Source: Octopus sinensis
Taxonomy: Eukaryota
Length of the DNA: 64,000 bases
Assembly: GCF_006345805.1 (NCBI RefSeq)
Contig: NC_042997.1
Location: 8,122,001 to 8,186,000, forward strand
Reading direction: 5' to 3'
This document shows, piece by piece, positions 37,280 to 50,539 of the stretch (the stretch's first letter is position 1; every line of letters starts with the position of its first letter). The position numbers and the translations under genes are program-made. A model generated the notes under the pieces. That model saw only the letters and a program-made list of their open reading frames with translations. It made no database searches and was not told where the DNA came from.

Positions 37280-38480
37280 GGAAGAAAGAAAACAATAGGA
37301 TAAAAAAAAAAACAACTTCGGCGAATGGCAACAACAATGGAAACAAAAGTTAATCTATGACAACAACCAGAAAAACAGAAAACAACAACAATAAAGATAA
37401 TAGCGAAATAAACTAATACATCATCATGTTGGCAAGAAGAGAAACCACATGTAAGGAGAAAATCACCAATGACAACAGCAATAAATTACATGTATAGTGA
37501 CACCAACAATAACAACAGCAACAACCTCGGCAACTGCATGCTGTGAAAGAAAAATTGCAAATACAGCCAATTAGAACAATGCAAGAAACAACATCGAAAC
37601 ATTATTGACGACGAGAACAGCCAGAACAGATACAAAAAAGAGCAACAATAACTTCTTGGACATATTCGGGAGGAACAAGTCAACAAGTCTAGTGACAACA
37701 AAGACAATTTGAACAGCAGGAAAAAATTCAATAACAAGAGGAAAATTATGAAAGTAAAATATATAAAAAAAGAGGTAGTGTATCATTTTGCAAGCGAATT
37801 AGAACGTAACAGGTACAGAAGTATCTATGACAGCAATAACATAAGCAATATCGATAACATCAAGACCATGAACATTGTCAACAGTAATGTTACCAACGTT
37901 ATCAATCCATTCAGCAGCATAAATTATATTGAGAAGAATATCAGCAAAACGAATTTCAACAGTATCAAAACACAATCAACTGTAATAGTATTGTAAAAAT
38001 ATTAACAGTAAAAATAACAGCGTTTCTAAAACTATTATTATAAGCAACATCAACAATATCAGCTGCAATATCAATTATTCCATATACCAACAATATCTCA
38101 CACATAAAAAAAAAAACGGCATCGACTTATATAGAACATCATTAGCTATAGCAAAGCCATATCAATACTAACAACAAAGCATCAATATAAAGTTGACAAT
38201 ATCATTACTAACATGAAATATAACATATCACCAACATTAACATCATTATCAGTATCATCATTTTCACCAATCTCATCAGCAACACAAACAGAATTATCAA
38301 TATCAAGATTAAAGTCAACAGCATCCGCAACATCACGGCAGCATAATATAAGTCAAGAGAAACCTCACTAATGTATCTTCTTCAACAAAAGTAACAGCAC
38401 GATCGTTATCAGCTTTATCAGTAATATCAACAACTATCTCAACCTCAATATTTATATCATTATAAAGATCGACACGTCAG
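37280..38480. repeat. degenerate (AAC/ATC)-rich low-complexity region
   Basis: Direct inspection. Confidence 0.75.
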
Positions 38481-38541
38481 TCCGTCTCCGACACAATAAG
38501 AGTTTCCATGAGAACATTATGAATCTTATCCACTATATAAT

Positions 38542-38859
38542 TTTTTCTTTTCGCGAACTTTTCAAGCCTAGCCAGGTTCATGGGCCCGGTTTCCTGGTTT
38601 CTGTGGCGTATGTGCTCCCCCCAGCTGGACGGGACGCCAGTCCATCGCAGCGTTACCCAAGAAGCAGGAAGAAAGAGTGAGAGAAAGTTGGGGCGAAAGA
38701 ATACAACAGGGATCGCCACCACCCCCTACCGGAGCCTCGTGGAGTTCTGATTAGCTGTTTTCCCTCAATAAACACACACAAAGCTCGGTCTGGGAATCGC
38801 AACTGCGATCCTCCGACAGCGAGTCCGCTACCCTAACAACTGGGCCATTGCGCCTCCAC
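38542..38859 (-). mobile_element. tRNA-derived SINE family B with 12-bp TSD
   Basis: tRNA-like head GTGGAGGCGCAATGGCCCAGT..; CTGCGATGGACTGGCGTCCCGTCCAG central domain; TSD CCACTATATAAT at 38530-38541 and 38860-38871. Confidence 0.9.
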
Positions 38860-40355
38860 CCACTATATAATGCTAAAGTGAAATTTCAGTTGATAGCATT
38901 GGCCACCTGTAAAAGAGCGATGAGCCCCTATGATACTTATAGAGTACAATGATCCAAAATAATAAGGGAAGTACAAGTTTGATACGTGGGCATCAATTAG
39001 TGAAGAATGCATTTAATGATATGAAGTCAACAAAAACAAAATATATAGCAATAAAAAGTGCAATAAGAAAATTTCCCTGGTAGGAGTGAACACTAGAGAG
39101 AGCAACTGGATGAGAAAACCAACAAAAGCCCGGATAACTCTGCCCTATCAAAGCATTAAACGTAATAATAATACTGATTATTGCGACGATTATTTTAGTT
39201 ATTTGAGGAACATCCGGTGAGGAAGTGTCCGATAAAAGAGGAACATGGCAATATGAGTAGGTATTTATCCAGTTCAAGATGAGGGAAAATAGGAAGAAAG
39301 GAAAAGTTATGAGATTAATACAATTTCAATCCCCGCTAGCAGAAAAGGATACGATGTCCGCAAGAATGTTTCTAGACATCTTAAGAAGTGCAGTCTAAAG
39401 CACTCCCTTTGTTTCCACACGCTCTCAGTACCACCGATTTACTACCCGGATCCAGGAAAATCTTATGTATCTCTAAATCTGATTCTTTCTGGGAGTTTAC
39501 ATGTCTTGTTGTAAAACTAAAAACTGTGTCCGTGCTTTCCAGAGAATTTTATTTTGGTACGGGCTGCCTCTTTTACATTAAGTGAATTGAGGTTGAGTGT
39601 ATGACTATGCATGTCAGTAGCAATTCATAACATATACATTTGCCATCCTAAACGGAGGAACAGAATGAATGTTCTAATGGAGAAAACAGAACGGGAGGTT
39701 ACTCATTTTCGTCATCGTGTGAACAGTTAGTCTGAATAAATTTTCATGAATGTCTTTTAAAGGGCCTCTCTAAATAGCATCTTGTTTACTCTAAAATCCC
39801 CAAACTGCCCGGTTTGGGATTCCGTCCATTTTGTTGTTTTTGGCGTTGTTTTGTTTCTTGTATTCATGGACTGTTTTTGTTTTTTTTTGTGATTCTGTTT
39901 GGTCTACATGTGTGTTTTTGTATTACGACTAAAACTTTTAGCTTCTAAATTTTTGTCGTTTCTGGTGGCCCCTTGTCACTACTTCGGTTCCCTATTTTTC
40001 TCTTTAATTATAATGCAGGAAGGAAGGAAGGAAGATGAAAGGAGGCTTTAGCTTATCTGATCTTTTTTTCTGGCTGTTCCTATCGTTGCTGCTGTTCTTG
40101 TCGTTGTAGTCATAGCATAAGCAGCAGAGTGATTTTTGTTTTTACCAGAAGACAGAAATCAATCGAGTGGTTAACAAAAGGAAGAACTGGAAGTAAAAAT
40201 TCTCACTCAAATTGTGTGGAAACTCCTCAATGATAGTTGCTGAAGCAATAGATCATCATCTTTAAGAAAGCAATTTAATGCCTTATGAGCAGAAATTCCG
40301 TTAGAATTTACAAGGGAATGTAAGACCTATTGATAGCTGATAATGTGTTTCTCAG

Positions 40356-40492
40356 GTTTTACCGGAAGAGATGGACAAATTTATGCGTCGCGTGGACTGA
40401 TTATACAAACGCCGACGACATAATCTTGCAAAAACGTCAAGTACTTGTTATAAAATGCAATGAACACTACTGGACACTAGAATTAATAACGG
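40356..40492 (+). CDS. candidate exon (terminal GFTGRDGQIYASRGLIIQTPTT* or internal FYRKRW...LELIT)
   Basis: Acceptor aatgtgtttctcAG, donor ACGG|GTATGT. Two plausible frames. Confidence 0.3.
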
Positions 40493-42572
40493 GTATGTCG
40501 AAAGAGTTAATAGAGAAGACAAGTCAGGATTCCTATCGAAAAGAAAAAGAAGAAAAGCCCCGTGGAAGTGAGAGAGTGTCTTTCAAAATTTGTTGAATCG
40601 AGAAAGATAAATGAGTATAAAGGAGAAACGAAGAGATCAGATCTAAAGGAAAGAAAATTCTACCTTGCTGCTTTTCAGGAAACATAGAAGAGATAAGGGA
40701 TAAGGTGAAATGCCTATGGCAAAAGAAAGGAATAATGAAGAATGAAACCGGGCACATGATTTTGCCCTGCAGAAAGAAATCTTGAAAGTAAATTTGATCA
40801 ATAAAGAAGCAGCAGTAAAATTCGTCTTCACGTAGAATATGAGATCATTCAAGTGAAACCCTAAGTTAGCTAAGAATGAATACAATAAGTGTAGTAAAGC
40901 AAAATTGTTGCAATAATTTTCTGGATTATTGGAAGAAAGTGGTTTTGCACGTACAGAAAATATTTATAATTAATGTTGAGCATAACAATGAAAGCCCTTG
41001 AAAACGACGAAGTGAGTCTGTTGTGAGACATTTCTCAGGGAAGAACAAAACAAGCCAAATATTGAAGCCTTTGAGATGAAGAAACTCTATAGTACAAAAA
41101 ATGTAATATACCTCCTTGAAGTATAAAATTATCTAACTCCGGAGGCAACAAATTAACAAGGACATGATACTGACGATTATTATTGAAAATTTGGGGAAAG
41201 GCATCAAAGTATTCAGGAACTAACACAAGAAACACTCGATCTTAATCTGGAATGGGGCGCATTGCAGAAATAATGGCTATGTATAAATTAGCAAATGCCC
41301 TACATCCTACGTCACGGGCTGTGGTTCTATAAGACGCATAATTAAATCAGGTACAACATCAAAAGCCTGAAACAAATAATATTTAACATAATGATATTCA
41401 CAATATTCCTACTATTACCAAACTTCATAATGGTATAATACCCACAATTAGAATAATTCCAGTATTTTACTGTTATATACTTTGTGTGTTCAGCTTTGAA
41501 GTTATAAGTTATAGGGATTGAATTAGATAACCGCAAGCTATTTTGTCTTTTCCTTATCAAATGTGTGCGTAGCAAAAACCCCATTCAAATATGGGTGAAA
41601 TTCAAAGCCACAATAGTCCGGATGTACAAAACTATCACAACTATGCCTAACAGTAACGCTAGTAGTAAGCTATTTACAGTAATTGGCATAACCATCGTCA
41701 TCATGCTCCACCAGCTCAGCGTATGTCCTCTTAAATTCACTTGCCTACTCAATGCGCCCTCCCATGAACAAAATACTCAACAGTAAAATAGGAAATAGCA
41801 AAACTGCTGCTTACAAATACCGTCATGTTGTCAAGTCTATGTAGTGTAGCAGAATCACAAGTCTGGAGCTTCTAATATCCAGAATTGTAAATTATATGGC
41901 TTCATCTCTCAGCCTCGTTCTCCTGTCTATGGCTTTATGGCATTACCATATGTGTAATAATAAATGAGCAGTCTATATCCTGATATGAATAAACTCACAC
42001 CTGACATGCTCCAATTCATACCACTACTCTACAACCTTATTCAAATCAACTGACTTAGTGTAGCGCCTACAAGGCCCAGCATTCCAATAATTAGGTGGTA
42101 AACCACAGATAATGACAAATTTCAGAGCATTTCATTCAACAATATAAAAATGCCACATACATAGATGATAAAATACCAGTACTGACATATAATACACTAA
42201 CGACATTGACAGCATACATAAAAAATACATTCAACAGGGTAAAAATGCACTCACATACACTAAGATGTAAACCCTTCAACATCAAAGCAAAAACAATAAA
42301 AAATCTTCATCGCTAATTACTCCATGAGTGACTAGGTAACAACAGTAACAACCACAACTACAACACAATCTATAAGGGATAATTACATATATATTTTTTC
42401 GTTCAAATGTCATAAACCATTCATTCACTGCTAAGGTTCTCAGAGTAACGGAAAAAAAAACATATTACTAGCCTCTGCGAAATAGATTAATCCAGAGGTA
42501 CGTATTATCTCACCGCCGCCACCATCATATGTGTGTCTGCATATGCGTAGGCAGTGAATAAATGCGCATGGA

Positions 42573-42619
<47 letters not shown>

Positions 42620-42630
<11 letters not shown>

Positions 42631-42860
42631 TATTAGAGACAAAACCACTATTTTGCAAAACAAACAAGGAAAGACTTAATCAATACATAAAATTTTAATA
42701 AATAGTCAAAAAAACCGCCACTACAATCATTTCTTGTCTTGATCGACAATCTTCAGGTGGATTTCCAATAAGTCAGTTTCAAATTACTATAAAATTGGAT
42801 TTAATCCTAAATCTGATTTTTTCCCTGTAAATTTGGATTTATTCCCTAATATTTATTATA
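42620..42860. mobile_element. family-1 hammerhead repeat, inverted arm joined to tail segment
   Basis: Homologous to 22375-22510, then jumps to the 22945-23020 tail. (TA)n on both sides. Confidence 0.85.
42718..42760 (-). ncRNA. minimal type-I hammerhead ribozyme (family 1)
   Basis: Reverse strand CCAC-CTGAAGA-TTGTC-gatcaa-GACAA-GAAAT-gatt-GTA-GTGG. Stem II is fully paired; the loop differs from the 22.8-kb copy. Confidence 0.75.
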
Positions 42861-42867
42861 TATATAT

Positions 42868-42924
<57 letters not shown>

Positions 42925-44192
42925 ATATATATATATATATATATATATATAACTTAATTCATTGAACTGGATACAAAACTGGTACGTAAGTGTCTCGTGC
43001 TAACATGTTGATATGAAGGAAAAGAGTTCACACTTATATAGGTTAAAAAATTAATATAAACAATAATAAAATTAAGTGACGTTAGATTATTGTAGGCGAA
43101 TTTACGATTCGTGAGGTTGCAGTCATATGCTGCATCATAATTTGTTGGCGTTTTTACGTACTTACATATGTAGTATGCTTGTGTGCTTGACTTCCACATC
43201 ATTCAATACTCGCGCGTGTATGTTAGTACATGATTTTTGCCTGCAGAGTCTGTACATATCATTAAGTTCATCTATTTCTAACAAAAAAGTGAATGGCTAC
43301 CATAAAGGACAATAATATGTGATAATATGTGATTATATATATATACAGGATTCATGGGCGAAGTAATTGATGGATAGATAAAGCAATACAAGAAGCAAAT
43401 TTCAGGAAGCTACACATGCTGTCAGAAGATATTCGCAGGTATATACTTACTAACACCCTCGTAAACCATACAGTCGGTATATGGTCGTATGCGTAGTGTA
43501 CTTTCAGAAGTTCATCTCCCTTCCCCCACTCCCTTTGTTTTTTCCCCTCATCTTCACTCTTGTCTCCTTTGTTCACACGTGACTACAGGTCATTTTTTTT
43601 CTCACCTCTGTTTTTTTCTGGACGCGGCGCGTACTTAACTGGATGGTCATTTCTTCTTGCCTCCCGACATTTTTCTCTCTCTTTTTTTCCTTCTTCTATT
43701 ATTATCTTGTCTTATATTTATTCTATATCCTTTCAAAATTTCTCCAAAGTGTTACCCATTAAAATGAGTCTTGCCCTAACGGAACTTAATGTTTGTGCCG
43801 CAGAATCCTTCTGGGAACGTATGAGAGAGATCAAATGCAGCAGAATATAACGGAATAAAGTATGATATGATAAAACACAAATTTTACAAACTTAAATACA
43901 TAATAAATATGAAAATTTGCTAAATATAGTAAAAAGGTAAAATTGTAAGCATAAGTCACTGTAAGTTAATGTTACAAACCAATACTTATGAGTAGAAAAT
44001 TATGACGTAAGTATGAGTATAAAAGTGTATGCGTGTGTATAAACACATTCAAACACGCGCGCGCACACACACATACACACACGTAGAGAAGAAAATAAAC
44101 ATAGACAGAAGCATTGGAGATTGATATATCTATACACACGCACACACACACACACACAGATACATACATTCATACATATGTACGTATATACA

Positions 44193-44229
<37 letters not shown>

Positions 44230-44283
44230 TCATACGTATATACATATCTATGTATGTGTGCGTACATGAGTAAAAATTAAGAC

Positions 44284-44324
<41 letters not shown>

Positions 44325-44326
<2 letters not shown>

Positions 44327-44333
44327 TAGATAC

Positions 44334-44396
<63 letters not shown>

Positions 44397-44397
44397 T

Positions 44398-44432
<35 letters not shown>
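44325..44432. repeat. (TAGA)n microsatellite
   Basis: Direct inspection. Confidence 0.95.
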
Positions 44433-44434
<2 letters not shown>

Positions 44435-44969
44435 GAGGCAAAGAGACACGTAAAATATATGTATATTCACACATAATATATAGATCACTTGACGGATATA
44501 CTAATACATACTAACTTATACATGTGTCACGGGGTGCGGTTGTGTGTGTATTTGTGTGTATACTTGTGTCTCTGCGATGGGCAGATTTGCATATGTAAGT
44601 GTATTCATGAAAATGCATACATATATGATCGTATAAGATATTTTAAAAGACTTGTAGGAAATATATTACTGTAAAAGGGAAATAAGTAGGCATAGCAAGA
44701 ACAAACGCTATAGCAATAAAACAACAAGGAACGCAAGATACACCAGCGGAAAAGGGGCAATGACGATGTTAGCGGATTAGAGCTAATTAGAGATAATCAT
44801 ATATGAAATAGAAAACAAAAACTAAAAGGGAGGTAACAATGATAATAAAGAAATTGATGTAACTCAATAGAAAACGCAAAGCAACGAAATAGCCTGAACA
44901 AATAATTTTTAATGCATACATAGATAAATACAGACAGACATATACGCATACTCATACATGCATACATAC

Positions 44970-45081
<112 letters not shown>

Positions 45082-46866
45082 CAAAAATATATATATATAC
45101 TTACATACATTACAAATATAGACCTGTCTGCATATCTCATTAAGCTTTGTCTAAGACAATATTAATCCGAGAAACAATAAAGAGAAGAAATCAAATTTAA
45201 ACATTGTCTTTTAATGAATTGTTCCAACCAAAATACTACAATTTTATAAAAGAATAAATAATCACAAGTGAAGTGCTAAAGATGTTGTCTGAGGTAATCA
45301 ACAGAATAAAAATTATGTATGTATGTGTGCTTGTGTATGTATATCCATCAATGAATGAAATTAGATATGTGTGAGTGTGTGTGAGCCTCTATCCATGTTT
45401 CTATATATATTATATATATATACAGATGCGTGTATATAATATATATATATATATTATATATATATATACATATATATGCATATATATGTATGCATGTATG
45501 TATATATGTACGAATTTATGAATGTATATCTATGTGCGTGTATATATATATATATATGCATATACACAAACATATACATTTGCATTCATAAATACATACA
45601 TATATTGATAGATAGATAGATAGATGGGCACATACATATATATATATATATATATACATACATAATACATACATACAAACATGCAAGCATACATACCTGT
45701 ATAATATGCAGCATTGTATCTATACGTGCAGTTCTGTGGTACGAAAACACAGAATTATAAAAAAAAACAAAGTAATAATCATAACACTGATTACGATGAT
45801 GCTGATATTGAAAAGGAAGAGGTGAAAGGGATGGTGAAATGTATTTATTATAATCGTATATGCGATTATGATGGAGGATTTTTATGGTGGCGTTGGTATA
45901 GATTTTCGTCGCCATTTGCTCAGTTTTCGCATAGTTGGAGGCATTAATGAAGGTTTTGTTAAAGATAAGGATGTTGACGGTGGTTTGCAGGTTGTACGTA
46001 GTCGATTGCAAATTCATTGGTATTAAATATAGAAATGGTATGAAACAGTTAAAAATACTAATAATACAGTACGTCCAAGAAATCATGTTTGGGAGTATAT
46101 TCGTACATTTCAAAAGAAAAAAAAAACATTGTATAGTTACACACCAATACACACTCACACACACATGCACACAAGCACACACTAACACTCGATGCACAGA
46201 AGGATAAATACACGCAAAGACCTGTGTATATATGCCAGGTATTATTCTCACGTAATACATCCTTCTTCAAATAAACAATATAATTATAGTTATGTTATTC
46301 TTATTCTAAATACATATGTTGGCGACTATATGTTTATGAGTAGACAAGTATCTATTCTCATGGTCATACACTCATATACGCAAATATATATATATATATA
46401 CATTACGTATATATGAATATATATGAATATACATATATATCAATATAAATGAATATACATATATATATATATTTATACATACATATATATATATGAACAT
46501 ACATATATATATATATATATATATAATATATATATATTCATACTTAAACAAGTTCATAAATATATGATATATGCGTAAAATTTATAACAACATTTGCAAA
46601 GAATCTTGGATGAGTTGTCCATTAAGATGTTGTTTTGTTCCAACGATTGGTGTGACATAAACATATTTCAGACAAAATTATCTCATACATTCACATCTAT
46701 GTATCAGGCATGTATGAAAAGCTATTTGTGTGCATGTGTGTATGTATGAGTATATGTATGCATATATAACGGGGAAGCTTTATGAAAATAAACAAAAGAC
46801 GAAGTCTGGTGGAATACAAACAAACAATTGTATTAGTATGGCGCTCAGGAATATAAATAAAACAAG

Positions 46867-46904
46867 TCTTTTACGTTTCGAGCCTACGCTCTTCAACAGA
46901 AAGA
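46867..46904 (-). ncRNA. hammerhead-like motif, CTGTTGA-A variant (family 3), best-preserved copy
   Basis: Reverse strand TCTTT-CTGTTGA-A-GAGC-gtag-GCTC-GAAAC-GTA-AAAGA. 5-bp stem I and 4-bp stem II are perfect. Confidence 0.62.
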
Positions 46905-47460
46905 TCCACAGAAAAGAAACACGGAGAGAAACAAGGAGAGAAAATACGTGCAGAAGCTAGGGAATCAACATGGTGATCTGTATGCATATATATATATGTA
47001 TATGTACAAATATATACATACATACATATATATGTATATATGTACATGTATGTATATATGTGTGTATATATATATAGATATATATATATGTACATATACA
47101 TACATACATACCTACATACATATATATATATATATCTATATATATATATTGTTATATATATTGTTCGTTCAACTTAAATTTTCCCTATTGTTATTGGCAT
47201 GATACAAATTCAAGGTTCGCCATTTCTACGTTAGTTAATTGGTGCAGGTCGTCCTAAAGCATAAAACGCATTAAATATAAATTGGAATGCAATTTAGAAA
47301 TGTTAATTTATGTATAATTCTTCTCACTATACCACTTCCCGCTGTATTTCTAAGCATTACAAATATGTGCGTGTCCGTGCGTGCGCGCGTTGTTTATTTA
47401 TATGTATGTATGCTTATATCCATATAAATATATGGAAACTGATATATTTACGGACACTTA

Positions 47461-48385
47461 CGAGGTCTGATCAATAAGTATCCGGTCTGTTGCCATAGTA
47501 ACAAAGCTAAAGCACGTTGAGTAAAGTAGCTTGGCAAAGATTGCCTCTAGACTCTGCTGTGCCTGCACAATAAGTTTTGACGTTCTTACCCACTTCTTCT
47601 GTTTACAGCAGTGCTTGGAAGAAAGGAGCGTGTGATCGTCGCGTTGACAATGACAGAGAAAGTTATCATGGTGACACCTGCTCCGAAGACTACACAATGT
47701 TGCAGACAATGTATGGAGAGGAGTGTATGAGCTACTGGACACAGATTTACGAGTGCTTCAGACACTTCCAGCTTGGCCGAAAAAATGTCGATAGTGACGA
47801 ACGTTCTGGGAGACCAGCAAGCAGTAGAACAGAGAAAAACATCACAGATGTGCGTGCAGCTGTGAGAAGATATCGTCGAATTTGCTTGTTCCTTCTCGAG
47901 TGATGCCTGACTCATAGGGGGCCGGTTTCCCGGGTTCTCCTGGATGGGACGCCGGTCCGTCGCAGGTGAGCTGCAAGTCGCAGGAGGAAAGAGTGAGAGA
48001 AAGTTGTGGCGAAAGTGTTAGCAGAAGTTCGCCATTACATTCTGCCGGAGCCGCATGGATATTGGGTGTTTCGCTCAAAAACACACGCATCACCCGGTCT
48101 GAGATTCGAACCCGCGATCCCTCGACCGCGAGTCCGCTGCTCTAACCAGTAGGCCATGTACCTCCACACAATATATCGTTGAATCACCATCCCTGAGTTA
48201 TCAAAGGATATGCAGATTAGTTAAGGTTCAGTTCAGTCCGTTATCACTGAATGTTTGGGTATGAGACGCGTGTCTGCCAAGTTTGTGCCAAAACTGCTTT
48301 CAACTGACCAAAGAGACACTCGGGTTTCACCTCCACGAGTTTTCCTTGGATGTGTGAATAACAATAGAAACTTTTGAAAACTTTG
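47461..48385 (+). mobile_element. mariner 5' fragment interrupted by a SINE
   Basis: TA-CGAGGTCTGATCAATAAGTATCCG TIR; DSDERSGRP before the SINE; ITIPEL..GMRRVSAKFVPKLLS after it. Confidence 0.85.
47882..48172 (-). mobile_element. SINE family B inserted in mariner, 12-bp TSD with one mismatch
   Basis: TSD ATATCGTCGAAT (47870-47881) / ATATCGTTGAAT (48173-48184); tRNA-like head at 48085-48170. Confidence 0.88.
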
Positions 48386-48679
48386 CATTGGCCTCTGAGC
48401 AGGAATCGCCAAGCTTTTGACAAAATTTGATGCGGATTCCCTGCTCAATTTTCTCTGGTATGACCAATGCGACTATCACACGCTACACACCTTCCTTTCA
48501 AGCACTCTTAGAAACAGCGGAATTGACCTAGAATGTTAAGGCTTAATGCACATGCACAGCAGAGTTCAAGTTCAATCTGTACCAAGCGGCTTTACTCTGC
48601 GTGCTTTACCTTCGATACTAATGCAACAGTCTGCATACTTATTGATTAGAACACACTATACATGCAAATTCATTATTCT

Positions 48680-48928
48680 TTTTACTCTCTTTTACTCTTT
48701 TATTTGTTTCAGTCCTTTGACTGTGGCCATGCTGGAGCACCGCCTTTTAGTCGAACAAATCGACACCAGGACTTATTATTTTTTAACAAGACTAGTACCT
48801 ATTCTATCGGTCTCTTTTGCCGAACCGCTAAGTTACGGGAACGTAAACACACCAGTATCTGTTGTCAAGTGATGTTGTGGGAGACAAACACAGACACACA
48901 AACGCATACACACACATACAGATATGTA

Positions 48929-48988
<60 letters not shown>

Positions 48989-49143
48989 TATATACGACGG
49001 GCTTCTTTCCGTTTCCATCTATCAAGTCCACTCACAAGTCTTTAGTCGGCCCGATGACACTTGCCCAAGTTGCCACGCAGTGGGACTGAACCCGGAACTA
49101 TGTGGTTCGTAAGCAAGCTACTTACTACACAGCCACTCCTGCA
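48680..49143 (-). mobile_element. SINE family A, long copy with internal (TA)/(CA) microsatellite and (GAGTAAA)n tail
   Basis: Head homologous to 5154-5320; 3' body at 48700-48890. Confidence 0.85.
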
Positions 49144-49318
49144 TACTTCAACTTTTATATTATATATAATTTTTTCTTCGAGTGATATTCACGTGAGCAG
49201 CTATCGACAGATGATGGTACTTATACGTTTCTCCATCACTCACCAACCGAGTTTGGTCCTTATATCAAGAAAGGTGATAGGAAGGAACTGGGTATTTCGA
49301 TACTGTCTTCTCCTATTT

Positions 49319-49694
49319 AGGCGCAATGGCCCAGTGGTTAGGGCAGCGGAGTCGCGGTCGTAGGATCGCGGTTTCGATTCTCAGACAGGGCGTTGTGAGT
49401 GTTTATTGAGCGAAAACACCTAAAAGCTCTACGAGGCTCCGGCAGGGGGTGGTGGTGATCCCTGCTGTACTCTTTCACCACAACTTTCTCTCACTCTTAC
49501 TTCCTGTTTCTGTTGTACCTGTATTTCAAAGGGCCAGCCTTGTCACTCTCTGTGTCACGCTGAATATCCCCGAGAACTACGGTAAGGGTACACGTATCTG
49601 TGGAGTGCTCAGCCACTTACACGTTAATTTCACGAGCAGGCTGTTCCGTTGATCGGATCAACCGGGACCCTCATCGTCGTAACCGACGGAGTGC
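49319..49694 (+). mobile_element. SINE with family-B head/body but a different 3' half
   Basis: The first ~190 nt match the reverse complements of the 38542 and 60045 copies; then an unrelated tail ending GTCGTAACCGACGGAGTGC. Confidence 0.85.
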
Positions 49695-50501
49695 TTCCTC
49701 CTCTCATATTTAAGCAATTTCAAATCCGCTGCCAAGCACCCGTCCTCTATTAAAATTTCCTACCAACGAAATGCTAACGATTATAGATTAAGTATAATTT
49801 ACTATCGGTGAAGTAGTTGCGTTTGGATCTCATCATATTTACAATTATGGCTACGTCTCTGTCTACAACGCCCAATATCAGTATGATTTGGAAGCAACTC
49901 AACAACAATTGTGCATAGAGAGACAGCTTTGCGGGGTTGGTGTAGAATTGTACAGAAGCCTTTTAACTGCTTCCTCGAATAAATTCAAAACACCAGACTT
50001 GTTTTAATTAATTATATTTCAAAGCACTGAACAGATTATGAGTAGTAGCTTTATGAGATGAATCCTGTCTGATATTCGAAATGATAATATTTTTACCTGA
50101 CCTGCAGTGCTTCACTAGACTGTCGCAAATACCTGCGTGTGTATTTGCCTGTTTGTACGTTGGCGAAAAGCTGTTAACTACCTGAAGTATAGAAAGGAAG
50201 GGTAACTAGACATGATCTCTGTAAAATATGTAGGAAAACGCAATAAAAAATTTGAAATTAATTTAAACACGAAGAAAAATATACTGAAAATAGAATTGAG
50301 ATCAGAACACAAAAAAAAAAACGAATGAATGATCATTTTAATCCAATCTAGAAAACTATAAATGAAAACTGGCTTTCCACTCGAAGAAGACTGGATCGTG
50401 ATTGTAGTCAACTTGTGGAGGAAATTGTAGACGGTGACCTTTGACCAGCAAAAATGTTGAGAGGGGAGAAAAACAGCCGAAATATCACTATCTTTCTTCC
50501 T

Positions 50502-50539
<38 letters not shown>

